Shown here piece after piece: positions 1 to 9,685 of a stretch of 41,561 nucleotides of DNA. The number at the start of each line of letters is the position of its first letter. Within the stretch, counting starts at the first letter, position 1. The notes beneath the pieces are model-generated. The model was given only the letters and a program-made list of their open reading frames with translations, ran no database searches and was not told the origin of the DNA. The position numbers were made by a program, and so were the translations under genes. The stretch comes from a virus (lineage: Duplodnaviria > Caudoviricetes), in IMG/VR virus record IMGVR_UViG_3300033067_001666, positions 1 through 41,561 of that record, one strand, 5' to 3'.

Positions 1-186
1 CTCACCGCCCTCTCTCTGCCCATGTTGCTCGGGCGATGATGGCGGGGGTGCCGGAGCGGTGAGGGGGGGTATCGGTCGTTGTGAGACCAAGGCTGGTCGC
101 TGCAAGCGAGTACGATGGGCATGGAAAAGCCCAGGCGCTGCTGTCACAGCCCTGGGCGTGGACGAAGCCACCAAGGAGGCTCCGAC

Positions 187-663
187 ATGTCCAACGGTAC
201 CGCAACGAAAGTTGATCTGCTGTGCGTCTATTGCGGCTGGGACGCTGACTCGGTCGACCACGTCTTGCCCAGGGCATGGACGGGTAACGCTGCCCGGCCT
301 CACGTCCCAACGGTGCCGGCGTGTCGTGACTGCAACTCTCGGATCGGCGACCATCATGCGCCGACATTGGCTGAGCGCCGGGCGCTGGCCTATGAGTCGT
401 TGGAACGCAAGTCCCGCAAGCTTCTTCGGAACCCGTCTTGGACTGACGACGAGATGGCCGAGCTCGGCCCGCATCTGCGTCACGAGCTCGAGTGCCGCGA
501 GGCGAAGCGTCGCATGGTCAAGTACCGGTTGGACAACCTTGCGCGCGACGAGGATGACCCGGTGTTGGACTGGCTGCTGCATTGTGCCGCGTACGGCGAC
601 AACTTCGCCGCCCGCATCTTGGACAGGAAGCAGGCCGCGCAGCTGGCCGCTCGGGTGCTGTAG
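187..663 (+). CDS. HNH endonuclease (packaging-associated position)
   Basis: CVYCG..DHVLP..VPACRDCN HNH/Zn motifs; AAGGAGG RBS before ATG 187; directly upstream of terminase genes. Confidence 0.85.
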   Translation: MSNGTATKVDLLCVYCGWDADSVDHVLPRAWTGNAARPHVPTVPACRDCNSRIGDHHAPTLAERRALAYESLERKSRKLLRNPSWTDDEMAELGPHLRHELECREAKRRMVKYRLDNLARDEDDPVLDWLLHCAAYGDNFAARILDRKQAAQLAARVL

Positions 664-672
664 GGGCTTCCT

Positions 673-936
673 GTGGGGCTGCTGACGTCCGCGGCGGCGT
701 CTGGTGACCGACGGGCCGCTCTGGAGGCCCTAAGGGCGTCTCTGGCGGCAGCCGTGGAAGCCGCTGATCCCGAGAAGATTGCCCCGCTGGCGAAGCAGCT
801 ACGTGAGACGTTGGCGGAACTGGAAGCCCTGCCGAACGCCAAGGAGAAGTCGACCAGTGATGATCTCGCCGCCAAGAGGTCTGCTCGGCGTGCAGCAGCC
901 AAGGTTGCTGACAGTGCCTCAGGGGGCAATCTCTAG
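673..936 (+). CDS. terS: terminase small subunit
   Basis: 87 aa helical protein (RAALEALR..LAKQLRETLAEL..DDLAAKRSARR) typical of actinophage TerS; overlaps TerL start. Confidence 0.7.
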   Translation: MGLLTSAAASGDRRAALEALRASLAAAVEAADPEKIAPLAKQLRETLAELEALPNAKEKSTSDDLAAKRSARRAAAKVADSASGGNL

Positions 937-2278
937 CAGCGGCGCGGAGGCGGCCGAGCTTGCCGCCTCAGCCGGGTTGCACCTGGACGGCTGGCAGCGG
1001 TTGGCGTTGGACGTGGCGTTGGGTGAGCGGGCCGACGGCAGGTGGGCGGCGTTCGAGGTCGGGTTGGTGGTGTCTCGCCAGAACGGCAAGGGCAGCATCC
1101 TCGAGGCCCGTGAGCTGGCCGGCCTGTTCTTGTTCGGCGAGCGGCTGATCTTGCATAGCGCCCACGAGTTCAAGACGGCGGCGGAGGCGTTTCTGCGGGT
1201 CAAGTCGCTGGTCGATAACACGGACGATCTGCGCCGGAAGGTGAAGCAGATCCGTACGTCGCACGGCGACGAGGGGATCGAGTTGCTGGACGGGGCGCGC
1301 CTGAGGTTCGTTGCTCGTTCTCGTGGGTCCGGTCGCGGGTTCTCTGGCGACTGTGTGATCTTGGACGAGGCTTATCACCTCGGGCCGCAGGAGATGGGGG
1401 CGTTGCTACCGACGTTGTCGGCACGCCCTAACCCGCAGGTCTGGTACACGTCGTCGGCCCCGATGTCGACGTCTACGCAGCTGCACGCGGTTCGACGCCG
1501 GGCGTTGGCCGGCGGGTCGGATCGTCTGGCCTATTTGGAGTGGTCGGCGCCGGCTGAGTGTGACCCGGCGGACCCGTCGGCGTGGGCGCAGGCCAACCCG
1601 GCGTTGGGGTTGCGGGTGCGTGAAGAGTTCGTGCGCGCCGAGTTGGATGCGATGCCGTTGGCCGAGTTCCGTCGCGAGCGGCTGGGGGTGCCTGACGACG
1701 AGGCCGGCGCTGACCGGCAGGTGATCTCGGATGAGGCGTGGGCGCTGCTGGCGGACCCCTCTTCGGAATGGTCGGGCGCGCCGACTGGTGTGGCTGACGT
1801 GTCGCCTGACGGCCGCTGTTCGCTGGTCTTGGCCGGGGTGCGGGCGGATGGCCGCCGCCATGTCGAGCTTGTCGACAACCGGGCTGGTACCGGCTGGGTG
1901 GCGGCGAGGCGGGCGGAGTTGTCGGGCAGGTATGGGGTGTCGACGTGGGTGCGTGACCCGGCCGGCCCGGCGGTGGAGCTCGAGGGCGACTGGCAGGACT
2001 TGTCGGGTCGCGAGTGGGCTGAGGCGTCGTCGGGGTTTGTTCGCGCCGCGTTGGATCCGGAGTGCCCGGTGGGCGAGCAGTTCCGGTGGCGGTGCACGGC
2101 GAGTTTGGAGCGGGCGGTGGGCGACGCGCTGCGGGGTGCGGTGCGCCGGGAGCGTGGCGACGGGGCGATGGTGTGGGCTCGCCGCAGGTCGAGTGTGGAT
2201 ATCAGCCCGCTTGTGGCGTTGACGATCGGCTGGTGGGTTGTCGGGTCTCCTGTTGATCCTGTTCCGAATCTGTGGTGA
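857..2278 (+). CDS. terL: terminase large subunit
   Basis: LDGWQ, Walker A SRQNGKG, SGRGFSGD, Walker B VILDEA, WAQANPALG, C-terminal DISPLVA; AAGGAG RBS at 841-846. Confidence 0.95.
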   Translation: MMISPPRGLLGVQQPRLLTVPQGAISSSGAEAAELAASAGLHLDGWQRLALDVALGERADGRWAAFEVGLVVSRQNGKGSILEARELAGLFLFGERLILHSAHEFKTAAEAFLRVKSLVDNTDDLRRKVKQIRTSHGDEGIELLDGARLRFVARSRGSGRGFSGDCVILDEAYHLGPQEMGALLPTLSARPNPQVWYTSSAPMSTSTQLHAVRRRALAGGSDRLAYLEWSAPAECDPADPSAWAQANPALGLRVREEFVRAELDAMPLAEFRRERLGVPDDEAGADRQVISDEAWALLADPSSEWSGAPTGVADVSPDGRCSLVLAGVRADGRRHVELVDNRAGTGWVAARRAELSGRYGVSTWVRDPAGPAVELEGDWQDLSGREWAEASSGFVRAALDPECPVGEQFRWRCTASLERAVGDALRGAVRRERGDGAMVWARRRSSVDISPLVALTIGWWVVGSPVDPVPNLW

Positions 2279-2284
2279 TGGTCG

Positions 2285-2491
2285 ATGTGCGATGGGGTCA
2301 TGTCGCACATCGACGCAGCGGGGTATGGTATGGGGGTGGCTGTGAGCGCGCCTGACGTGGTGAAACTGATCGCCGTGGTCGGTGCGCTGGTGTCGGCGGC
2401 GTGGGCGTTCGGCCCGCCCGGGCTGGCGGTCGGGTGCGGGGTGGTCTGGGTGATCGGGTGGGCGATGAGCGTCAGCGGCGGACGACAGTGA
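2285..2491 (+). CDS. small membrane protein between terL and portal
   Basis: two hydrophobic stretches; stop overlaps the portal GTG; start codon uncertain. Confidence 0.55.
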   Translation: MCDGVMSHIDAAGYGMGVAVSAPDVVKLIAVVGALVSAAWAFGPPGLAVGCGVVWVIGWAMSVSGGRQ

Positions 2492-3807
2492 GTTTCGGTG
2501 GCCTGCTGCGCGCCGCGTTGCCTGGGTTCGAGGTCCGGTCTTTGTCGCTCGAGAACCCTGCTGTTCCTGTGTCTGTTTCGTCGGTTGGCCCGTGGCTGTC
2601 TGGTTCTGGCGTTGAGGTTTCGGAGTCCACGGCGCTTGGGTTGACCGCCTACCTGCGGGCTGTGTCGTTGATCTCGTCGTCGTTGGCGATGCTGCCGCTG
2701 CGGGTGTACTACCGGGGTTCTCGGCGGCTGGTGGTGTCTCGCACGGTGCTGGATTCGCCATCGCCGGATCAGACCCCGTTCGAGTTCTGGCAGACCTGGT
2801 TGATGCACCAGCTGTCGTGGGGCAACGCGTACGGGTTCAAGATCCGCGATGGGGCTGGCGTGGTGCGTCAGGTCAGGCAGATCCATCCGTCGCGGGTGAA
2901 GGTGTCTTCCGGCCCTGCCGGCAAGGTGTTCGAGGTGATCGGCGAGGACGGCCAGTTGCGGTCGTTCTCATCGTTCGAGGTCGCTCATCTGCCGTTTCTG
3001 TCGCCCGACGGGATGGTGGGCTTGTCGCCGTTGCAGGCGTGCAGCACCGTGTTGGGGTCGGCGATGGCGGCTGAGGTGGTGTCCGAAAGCTTCTACCGGA
3101 ACGGGACAAAGCTTTCGGGGGTCATGAACGTCGATGCGACGTTGACCGAGACGCAAGCCAACTCGTTGAAGTCGCGGTGGAACCAGCTGTTCGCCGGGCC
3201 TTCGAAGGCGGGTGACGTGGCGATCCTCGATTCAGGGGCGAAGTTCACGCCCCTGACCTTGCCGCCTGAGGACGCTCAGCTGTTGCAGTCTCGGGCGTTC
3301 GGGGTCACGGAAATCGCCCGCATGTTCGGGGTGCCAAGCCATTTCCTGAACGACCAGGAGAAGGCGACGGCGTGGGGTAGCGGCATCGAAAGCATGGGGA
3401 TCGGCTACGTGGTCTACACGCTGCTGCCCAGGGTGAAGGCGGCGGAGCAGCGGATCACCCGCGAGCTGCTGCCAGGCGGCTGGGATTCGGGGGAGTGGGA
3501 AGCCCGCTGGGATCTGAAGGGCCTGCTCCGTGGTGACGCGGCGACGAGGGCGCAGTTCTACCGGGCGATGACCGACCTGATGGTGATGACGAACCATGAC
3601 GTCGCCGAGCTCGAGGACATGGACCCGCCCCCGGGCGCGCCGGTGTATGCGATGCCGTCGAACTTCACGCTTGTCGATTCGGAGTCTGGTGACGCGAAGG
3701 TGTTGGCCGGCGCGCAGCCGCCTCCGGCCGACCCGTCGCCCGACCCGTCGGCGCAGGCGCATGTCGATGGGCTGAACGACGTCCATGTTGTTGACGGCGG
3801 GCAGTGA
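2488..3807 (+). CDS. HK97-family portal protein
   Basis: GNAY, IHPSRV, GLSPL, EDAQLLQSR, EIARMFGVP, LLRGD motifs; position after terL. Confidence 0.95.
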   Translation: MSFGGLLRAALPGFEVRSLSLENPAVPVSVSSVGPWLSGSGVEVSESTALGLTAYLRAVSLISSSLAMLPLRVYYRGSRRLVVSRTVLDSPSPDQTPFEFWQTWLMHQLSWGNAYGFKIRDGAGVVRQVRQIHPSRVKVSSGPAGKVFEVIGEDGQLRSFSSFEVAHLPFLSPDGMVGLSPLQACSTVLGSAMAAEVVSESFYRNGTKLSGVMNVDATLTETQANSLKSRWNQLFAGPSKAGDVAILDSGAKFTPLTLPPEDAQLLQSRAFGVTEIARMFGVPSHFLNDQEKATAWGSGIESMGIGYVVYTLLPRVKAAEQRITRELLPGGWDSGEWEARWDLKGLLRGDAATRAQFYRAMTDLMVMTNHDVAELEDMDPPPGAPVYAMPSNFTLVDSESGDAKVLAGAQPPPADPSPDPSAQAHVDGLNDVHVVDGGQ

Positions 3808-3810
3808 GAG

Positions 3811-4701
3811 GTGAGGACGATGAACGTTTCGACGGCTGAGGTTCGTGAGGCTTTCCAGAGCGGCGCCAACGGGCGGGAACGGATCTGGGCGAGGCTCGAG
3901 GCCCGGGACGTGTCCACGGACGGCGAGATCCGCATGGGCGGCACGGCGGCGGTGTTCGGGGCGCGGGCCAAGGTCCGTCTTCCTGACGGCAGGATCGCTA
4001 TCGAAGAGGTGGCGGCGTCGGCGTTCAACAACACGTTGCAGCGCGGCGACATCTTCCTGTTGTGGCAGCACGACCCGAAAGAGCCGATGGCGCGCACCGG
4101 TGCCGGCAACCTGACCCTTGAGGCCAGGGGTTCGGGTGAGATGCCGGGGCTTGACTGGCAGGCGCAGAACATGCCGATGACACAGCGAGTGCGTGACGCC
4201 GCCGCCCTGCTCGACGCCGGGGTGGTCGACAAAATGTCGTTCGGGTTCACCGTCCCCCGTGGCGGCGACTCGATTTCGGTGCAGGACGACGGGACGCTGC
4301 TGAGGCAGCTGCACGATATTCGTCTGGCCGAGATTTCTCTTGTGACTTGGCCTGCCTACAACGAGACGTCTGCGTCGCTGCGAGCAGACGCGTTCGGTCT
4401 GCTGTGTCGTTCTCTTGGCGTGACAGAAGAGGACGTGTTGTCTCGTCTGTCGCACGACGAGTGTTTGGATCTTGCTACACTGCGATCGTCGACCGCTTCC
4501 CAGCAGGTCGAGCCGGGGGCCGTAACCACCTCGGAAGATGCCACACGGGCCGTAACCACCGTGCAGGCCGGGAATTCCAACCGTCTTGTGCGTGAGCTCC
4601 GCCTTCGGGCGTTGTCCCGCATGGATTTTCCGAAGGACCCAAATGAACTCCCAGGAACGAATCCTGGTCGAGAAGCGGGCCGCGGCATACTCGCACGCTA
4701 A
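3811..4701 (+). CDS. HK97-family prohead protease
   Basis: LWQHD and KMSFGF catalytic motifs, EISLVTWPAY; between portal and capsid. Confidence 0.9.
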   Translation: MRTMNVSTAEVREAFQSGANGRERIWARLEARDVSTDGEIRMGGTAAVFGARAKVRLPDGRIAIEEVAASAFNNTLQRGDIFLLWQHDPKEPMARTGAGNLTLEARGSGEMPGLDWQAQNMPMTQRVRDAAALLDAGVVDKMSFGFTVPRGGDSISVQDDGTLLRQLHDIRLAEISLVTWPAYNETSASLRADAFGLLCRSLGVTEEDVLSRLSHDECLDLATLRSSTASQQVEPGAVTTSEDATRAVTTVQAGNSNRLVRELRLRALSRMDFPKDPNELPGTNPGREAGRGILAR

Positions 4702-5911
4702 GGATCTCCTTGAGCGTGCGGCTGCGGAGAGCCGTGGACTGACCTCCGAGGAAGAGACCACCGTCGACAACGCGTTCGCTGACGTCGACAAGTACGACGC
4801 CGATCTTCAGCGTTACCGGCGTGCCGCCGATCTCGACACCCGTTTCGAGGTGATCGACGAGGCCGCCGCCGAGCAGCGGACCCGGGTCATGGTCGACGCC
4901 GGTGTTTCGACCAGTGTCGAAGAGTCCCGTGACGCGCTTCGCGATCACACCGAGGCGTTCTGGACGTTCGCCGCTCGCGGTGTGGCCGCCCTGAACGGCG
5001 AGCAGCGCGCTGCGCTCGAGCGGTTCGACCAGGAGCAGCGGGCCATGGGTGTCATCACCGGTGTCGGTGGCGGCTACGCAGCCCCGGATGGTTTCTGGTC
5101 GAAGGTGACCGAGACCATGAAGTACTACGGCGGCATGATGCAGGTCGGGGTTGAGGCGATCAACACCCCGAACGGCAACCCGCTCCCGTGGCCGACCAAC
5201 GACGACACCAGCAACACCGGCTCGTGGGTCGCTGAGAACACTGACGCCGGCACGGCCACCGACCTGTCGTTCGGGGCTAAGACCCTGTACGCCCACGGCC
5301 TGTCCTCGAGCATCCTCAAGGTGTCCCTCGCGTACCTTCAGGACGTCGACCCGGTTGCCGGCGAGGCGTTCATCACCCGCAAGCTGGGCGAGCGCATGGG
5401 CCGCACCCTGAACACGGCGCTGACCACCGGCAACGGCGTGAACAAGCCGTACGGCATCATCAACGGTCTGTCGACCGGAAAGACCACGGCGTCGGCCACG
5501 GCGATCACCGCCCCGGAGATCATCGATCTCCAGCACAGCGTCGACGTCGCCTACCGGACCAACGCCCGGTTCATGCTCCACGACCTGATCTTGGCCGCGA
5601 TCCGCAAGCTGGTAGACACCACCGGCCAGCCGATCTTCCAGGTCGATTTCCGGTCCGGTACCCCGGCGACCCTGCTCGGCAACCAGTTCGTGTTGAACAA
5701 CGACATGGATTCGGCTGTCACCACCGGCAAAAAGACCATCGCCTTCGGCGATTTCCAGGCTTGCTACGCCATGCGCACCGTGACCGGCGGACAGCTCCGC
5801 CGGCTCGAGGAGCGTTACGCCGAGTTCGGCCAGGTCGGTTTCATCAGCTTCGGCCGTTACGACGGTCTTGTGCAGGACGCCAGCGCCGTCAAGCTGCTGG
5901 TCCAGGCCTGA
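4643..5911 (+). CDS. HK97-fold major capsid protein with N-terminal delta/scaffold region
   Basis: coiled-coil N-terminus, GGYAAP, WVAEN, GNGVNKPYGI, IAFGDF, RYDG; AAGGA RBS before ATG 4643. Confidence 0.95.
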   Translation: MNSQERILVEKRAAAYSHAKDLLERAAAESRGLTSEEETTVDNAFADVDKYDADLQRYRRAADLDTRFEVIDEAAAEQRTRVMVDAGVSTSVEESRDALRDHTEAFWTFAARGVAALNGEQRAALERFDQEQRAMGVITGVGGGYAAPDGFWSKVTETMKYYGGMMQVGVEAINTPNGNPLPWPTNDDTSNTGSWVAENTDAGTATDLSFGAKTLYAHGLSSSILKVSLAYLQDVDPVAGEAFITRKLGERMGRTLNTALTTGNGVNKPYGIINGLSTGKTTASATAITAPEIIDLQHSVDVAYRTNARFMLHDLILAAIRKLVDTTGQPIFQVDFRSGTPATLLGNQFVLNNDMDSAVTTGKKTIAFGDFQACYAMRTVTGGQLRRLEERYAEFGQVGFISFGRYDGLVQDASAVKLLVQA

Positions 5912-5924
5912 TCGGGAGGATCGG

Positions 5925-6308
5925 ATGTCTTGGCGTAAGGATTTCGACAAGGAGATCGCTGCGGCGACGTCTCTCGCTCCGGCTGCTCGCACGGCCACGG
6001 CGAACGGCACCGGCGTTGATCTTCAGAACTACCAGCGGTGCGCGGTGGTGTTCAACGTTGGTGCGATCACCGACGGGACTCACACCCCGAAGCTTCAGGA
6101 GTCGGACGACAACAGCACGTTCACCGACGTTGCTGCGGCCGACCAGTCGGGCACGCTTGCGGCTCTGACGGCGAACACGAACCAGGAGGTGGGCTACCTG
6201 GGGTCGAAGCGGTACATCCGTGCCGTGTCGACTGTTTCCGGTGCCACCACCGGCGGCGTGTACGCCGCTCTTGTCGTTCGTGCCGGCTCGCGGACTCTGC
6301 CGGCCTGA
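5925..6308 (+). CDS. putative capsid decoration/cement protein
   Basis: 127 aa beta-rich protein (TATANGTGVDL..KLQESDD..KRYIR) right after the capsid gene; GGAGG RBS. Confidence 0.55.
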   Translation: MSWRKDFDKEIAAATSLAPAARTATANGTGVDLQNYQRCAVVFNVGAITDGTHTPKLQESDDNSTFTDVAAADQSGTLAALTANTNQEVGYLGSKRYIRAVSTVSGATTGGVYAALVVRAGSRTLPA

Positions 6309-6310
6309 CG

Positions 6311-6580
6311 ATGCGGGTTCGTGTTGCGCAGCGAATCACCGGGTTCCGTGACGGTGTTGAGTGGCCTGAGATCGGCGGTGAGATCGACCTTCCCGGTTGG
6401 GAAGCGGAGAATCTGATCGCTATCGGCCATGCCGTCCCGGTTGAGGTGGCTGCGCTGGAAACCCATGAGGGCGGGGGCGTGGTCGTCGACACCGTTGAGG
6501 TTGTCGACGAGGCCGGGTCCGAGGTCGTGCCGCCTGCGACCTCGGACCCTGTCCCGAAGCGCGCGAAGCGGAAGGCGTAG
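6311..6580 (+). CDS. hypothetical virion-associated protein
   Basis: MRVRVAQRITGFRDGVEWP..AENLIAIGHA with basic tail; fills the gap in the head operon. Confidence 0.6.
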   Translation: MRVRVAQRITGFRDGVEWPEIGGEIDLPGWEAENLIAIGHAVPVEVAALETHEGGGVVVDTVEVVDEAGSEVVPPATSDPVPKRAKRKA

Positions 6581-6583
6581 ACG

Positions 6584-7204
6584 GTGGCGGCGACTGACCT
6601 GCTCAGCTTGGACGACGCCCTTGCGGCGGTTCGTCTGTCCCGGTCGCACACCACGCACGTGGCCCGTCTCGAGGGTTTGGTGTCGGCGGTGTCGGCTGCG
6701 GTTGATGAGCTGGTCGGTCCGGTCGTGGTTCGCACGGTGACCGGCGAGCAGCATCCGGGCGGGGTTACGGCGGTCAGGTTGCGTCGTACCCCGGTGTCGT
6801 CGGTGACGACGGTGAAGACGTGGGTTCGGGGTGCCGCCACGACGTTGACAGCAGAGTCGCTGTCGGCGTCGGGCGGCTACCTCGCTGAGCCTCACGCCGA
6901 CTATCCGTCGTTGCTGTCGGGGGTGTTGCTGCGCCGGTCGTTGTGGTCGTCGATCGTGTGGGAAGCCGGGACGGTTGAGGTCACCTACCAGGCCGGCCGG
7001 TACGCCAACACGGCGGCTGTGGTCGGCACCCGGTTTCACACGGCGGCGGTGTTGGCGTTGCAGAACTTGTGGCAGGGAATCGCCGATTCGGTGGCGGTGG
7101 TCAACGAGTTCGAGCAGCCGGTGTCGGCGTTTCCTGCGGTGATCCTGCCTCGGGCGGTCAGGGACGTGTTGTGGTCTGACACCCAGTACCGGGGTTTGGG
7201 CTGA
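6584..7204 (+). CDS. head-tail adaptor (gp6/gp15-like)
   Basis: LLSLDDA start, PVSSV, VEVTYQAG, AAVLALQNLW; synteny. Confidence 0.7.
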   Translation: MAATDLLSLDDALAAVRLSRSHTTHVARLEGLVSAVSAAVDELVGPVVVRTVTGEQHPGGVTAVRLRRTPVSSVTTVKTWVRGAATTLTAESLSASGGYLAEPHADYPSLLSGVLLRRSLWSSIVWEAGTVEVTYQAGRYANTAAVVGTRFHTAAVLALQNLWQGIADSVAVVNEFEQPVSAFPAVILPRAVRDVLWSDTQYRGLG

Positions 7205-7668
7205 TGGGCGCAACGTCGCTGCTCGAGGTTCGCGACGCATTGCACGAGCTCGTGTCGGCGGCTCTGGCCGCTGAGGGCGTGGACGTGTTGTGGAACCCGC
7301 CGACGGAAGCTGAGGAGCTGTCCGAGCTGACGGCGGCGTTCTGGGTCAACTCGATCGACGTTGACGCTGAACCGTGGACGTTGCCGTCGGGGCTGCGCGA
7401 GTTGTACGTGATGACTCTCGTCATCAAGTGTCTGCCGTCCGATGGCGACGTGACGTCACGTGACGCCGCCACAGCGGTTCTGGCGCTCGCCGACGTGGTG
7501 TATGGGGTGGTGACATCCAACGCCCGTCCGCTGGCCTCTACGGCGGCGTGGGACGCCCGCATCACGTGGGCCGGGTACTCGTTTCAGGATCTGCGGTTGG
7601 AGAAGCCTTCGGGGTTCGCGGCCGGTGTCGAGATCCGTATCGGCGTGGAGGCGACACGTTGCTCTTGA
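7204..7668 (+). CDS. putative tail terminator/completion protein
   Basis: 154 aa acidic protein upstream of the tail tube gene; TGATG coupling. Confidence 0.5.
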   Translation: MGATSLLEVRDALHELVSAALAAEGVDVLWNPPTEAEELSELTAAFWVNSIDVDAEPWTLPSGLRELYVMTLVIKCLPSDGDVTSRDAATAVLALADVVYGVVTSNARPLASTAAWDARITWAGYSFQDLRLEKPSGFAAGVEIRIGVEATRCS

Positions 7669-7859
7669 GGTATGTGGGCGGGCTGTCCGAGGTTGCGCTT
7701 CCCGGTGTTCCCGGGGTGGCGGTTCGAGGCGGGACGCTCGAGGTGGTCGATGAGGACGTGGCGGCTCGTGCTGTCGGGTCTGGGGAGTGGGAGCAGGCTG
7801 ACGATCAGCCGGCCCCGAAGCGGCGGGTGCGGGTTGCTCCGGCTCCGCAGAAAGGTTGA
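7659..7859 (+). CDS. small hypothetical protein
   Basis: GGAGG RBS then TTG 7659; LRYVG..EVVDEDVAAR..WE. Confidence 0.55.
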   Translation: MLLRYVGGLSEVALPGVPGVAVRGGTLEVVDEDVAARAVGSGEWEQADDQPAPKRRVRVAPAPQKG

Positions 7860-7864
7860 CGGGG

Positions 7865-9037
7865 ATGTCAGTGACAGGGGTCGGGTCCGGCCTTTCTCTC
7901 GCCAAAGAAGTTCGCACGGTCAGCAACGCCACCTGGGCGTCGAGCGTCGCGACGTTGACGACGTCGGCGGCGCACGGCCTTGGGGTCGGCGCCCGTATCC
8001 GGGTGGCTGGGGTGACGCCGTCGGGGTACAACGGGATCTACGTGACGACGACCGGCACGACTGGTACGACGGTGAAGTACGCGAAGACGTCGGATCCGGG
8101 GGCGTTCTCGGCGGCCGGTCAGCTGTACAGCATCGGCATGACGACCACCCCGACGAGGGTGTTGCAGCTCATCTCCGAGTCGCTCGATCTCGACGTCGCG
8201 AAGCTGGAAACCCCGACCCTGTCGGGCGGCACGTTGTTCCAGCAGGCGACGTCGGTGCGTCAGGGCCGCAAGCGGGTCGCCGGTGACACGGCGCTGCTGT
8301 TGTGGACGAAGGGCGAGGCGTTGCTGTTCGAAGCGATGCTCGGCGCCATCGCCACCACCGGGTCGGGGCCGTACACCCACACCGCCACCCCGTTCAAGTA
8401 CCTGCCCAGCTACACGATGCAGGTGTCGTTTGGGGCGACCACGGCGACGATGGTCAAAGAGATGACCGGCATGATGGTCGACTCGTGGGAGATCGCCCTG
8501 GCCGCCGGCGAGAACGCAACGCTCGGCCTGTCGTGGGTCGGGAAGGACATGGCGTTCTCGACCGGCGACGCGCTGGACGGCACCGCCCCCACCGGGATCA
8601 CCGCCTACAACTACATCGACGGCTCCATCACCGTCGGCGGGTCGTCGGTCGGCTGCGTCAAGAACATCACGATCGCCGGGAACAACAACCTTGCTTCGGA
8701 CGACACGTGCATCGGCACGTCGGTCATCTCCGACCAGGAGCGCGGCCAGTTCGCCGAGATCACCGGCACCATCGAATTCGAGCTCGAAGCCACCGACGTG
8801 TCCTACCTGACGGACTATGTGGCCGGCACCCAGAAGACGGTTGTGCTGGCCCTGGCGAACGGGTCGAGTTCGATCACGATCACGCTGACGATGCAGTGGC
8901 TCCCGGGGATCACCCCGAAGGTGACCGGCACCGAGAAGCTGACCGTGTCCGGGCCGTTCAAGGCGTTTGTCACGTCGGGCAACACCGACGCCCAAACCCT
9001 GTCCATTGTCGCGGTGAACGCCGACTCGACTCCCTGA
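7865..9037 (+). CDS. major tail (tube) protein with inserted N-terminal beta domain
   Basis: GSGLSLAKE..ISESL, YTHT, PSYTMQV, GMMVDSWEI, ITGTIEFE; Thr/Gly rich; synteny. Confidence 0.8.
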   Translation: MSVTGVGSGLSLAKEVRTVSNATWASSVATLTTSAAHGLGVGARIRVAGVTPSGYNGIYVTTTGTTGTTVKYAKTSDPGAFSAAGQLYSIGMTTTPTRVLQLISESLDLDVAKLETPTLSGGTLFQQATSVRQGRKRVAGDTALLLWTKGEALLFEAMLGAIATTGSGPYTHTATPFKYLPSYTMQVSFGATTATMVKEMTGMMVDSWEIALAAGENATLGLSWVGKDMAFSTGDALDGTAPTGITAYNYIDGSITVGGSSVGCVKNITIAGNNNLASDDTCIGTSVISDQERGQFAEITGTIEFELEATDVSYLTDYVAGTQKTVVLALANGSSSITITLTMQWLPGITPKVTGTEKLTVSGPFKAFVTSGNTDAQTLSIVAVNADSTP

Positions 9038-9043
9038 CGTCTG

Positions 9044-9685
9044 ATGGCTCGCCGTGTTGTGGGCGGCCTGACGGTGCAGGGGCTCGAGGAGACGATCGCC
9101 GCAGCGTCCGCCGCTGAGAAAGATCTCAAGTTGGCGGTGATGCGGGAGATCCGCCGCGAGCTCCGACCGATGGTGTCTGACATCAAGGGCCGGTTCTCCG
9201 ATCTTGGGGGGACCGGCCCGAGGGTTGCCACGACGGTGCGGGCTTCGGTGACCGCGAAGTCGGCGGCGGTGCGGATGGGCGACGCAAGGCATCCGTACGC
9301 TTTGGGCCGCGAGTTCGGCGCGAAGCGGGGGCAGACCCGCCCGCATGTGCGTCGGGTGCAGTCCGGCGCGCTGTCCTCTCGTGCTGTCGGCGGGGGGACG
9401 CAGCGGGTGTCGGTGGCCCGGATCCCGTATTTCAAGGACACGATCTTCGGGTCGTGGACGGGGAACGGGTTCACGCTCGCCCAGACCGGGGACCGGTTGA
9501 AGGTCGAGAAAACGTCGGGCCGGGCGTTCTACCCGGCGATCGGGGCCGGCGCGCAGCACGTGTACGAACGTCTCTCAGCGGTGGCCGACAAGTACGCCGA
9601 CAGTTTCCCCGGGCCGACGTCTGGCGCGCAGCAGTCGGCCGGGCTGGACCGGTTGGCGTCGTTTCTCAAACAAGGCGGAGTGTGA
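9044..9685 (+). CDS. HK97 gp10-like neck/tail completion protein
   Basis: VQGLEE start, PYA..REFG, RAFYPA; basic protein. Confidence 0.55.
   Translation: MARRVVGGLTVQGLEETIAAASAAEKDLKLAVMREIRRELRPMVSDIKGRFSDLGGTGPRVATTVRASVTAKSAAVRMGDARHPYALGREFGAKRGQTRPHVRRVQSGALSSRAVGGGTQRVSVARIPYFKDTIFGSWTGNGFTLAQTGDRLKVEKTSGRAFYPAIGAGAQHVYERLSAVADKYADSFPGPTSGAQQSAGLDRLASFLKQGGV

Noticed and set aside
4517-4560. GGGCCGTAACCACC repeated twice
   Set aside because: Short coding duplication (AVTT) in the protease linker; no sign of separate function.
1406-9559. Long reverse-strand ORFs opposite the structural genes
   Set aside because: Shadow ORFs expected in high-GC DNA; Arg/Pro-rich with no motifs, while the + strand frames carry clear phage motifs.
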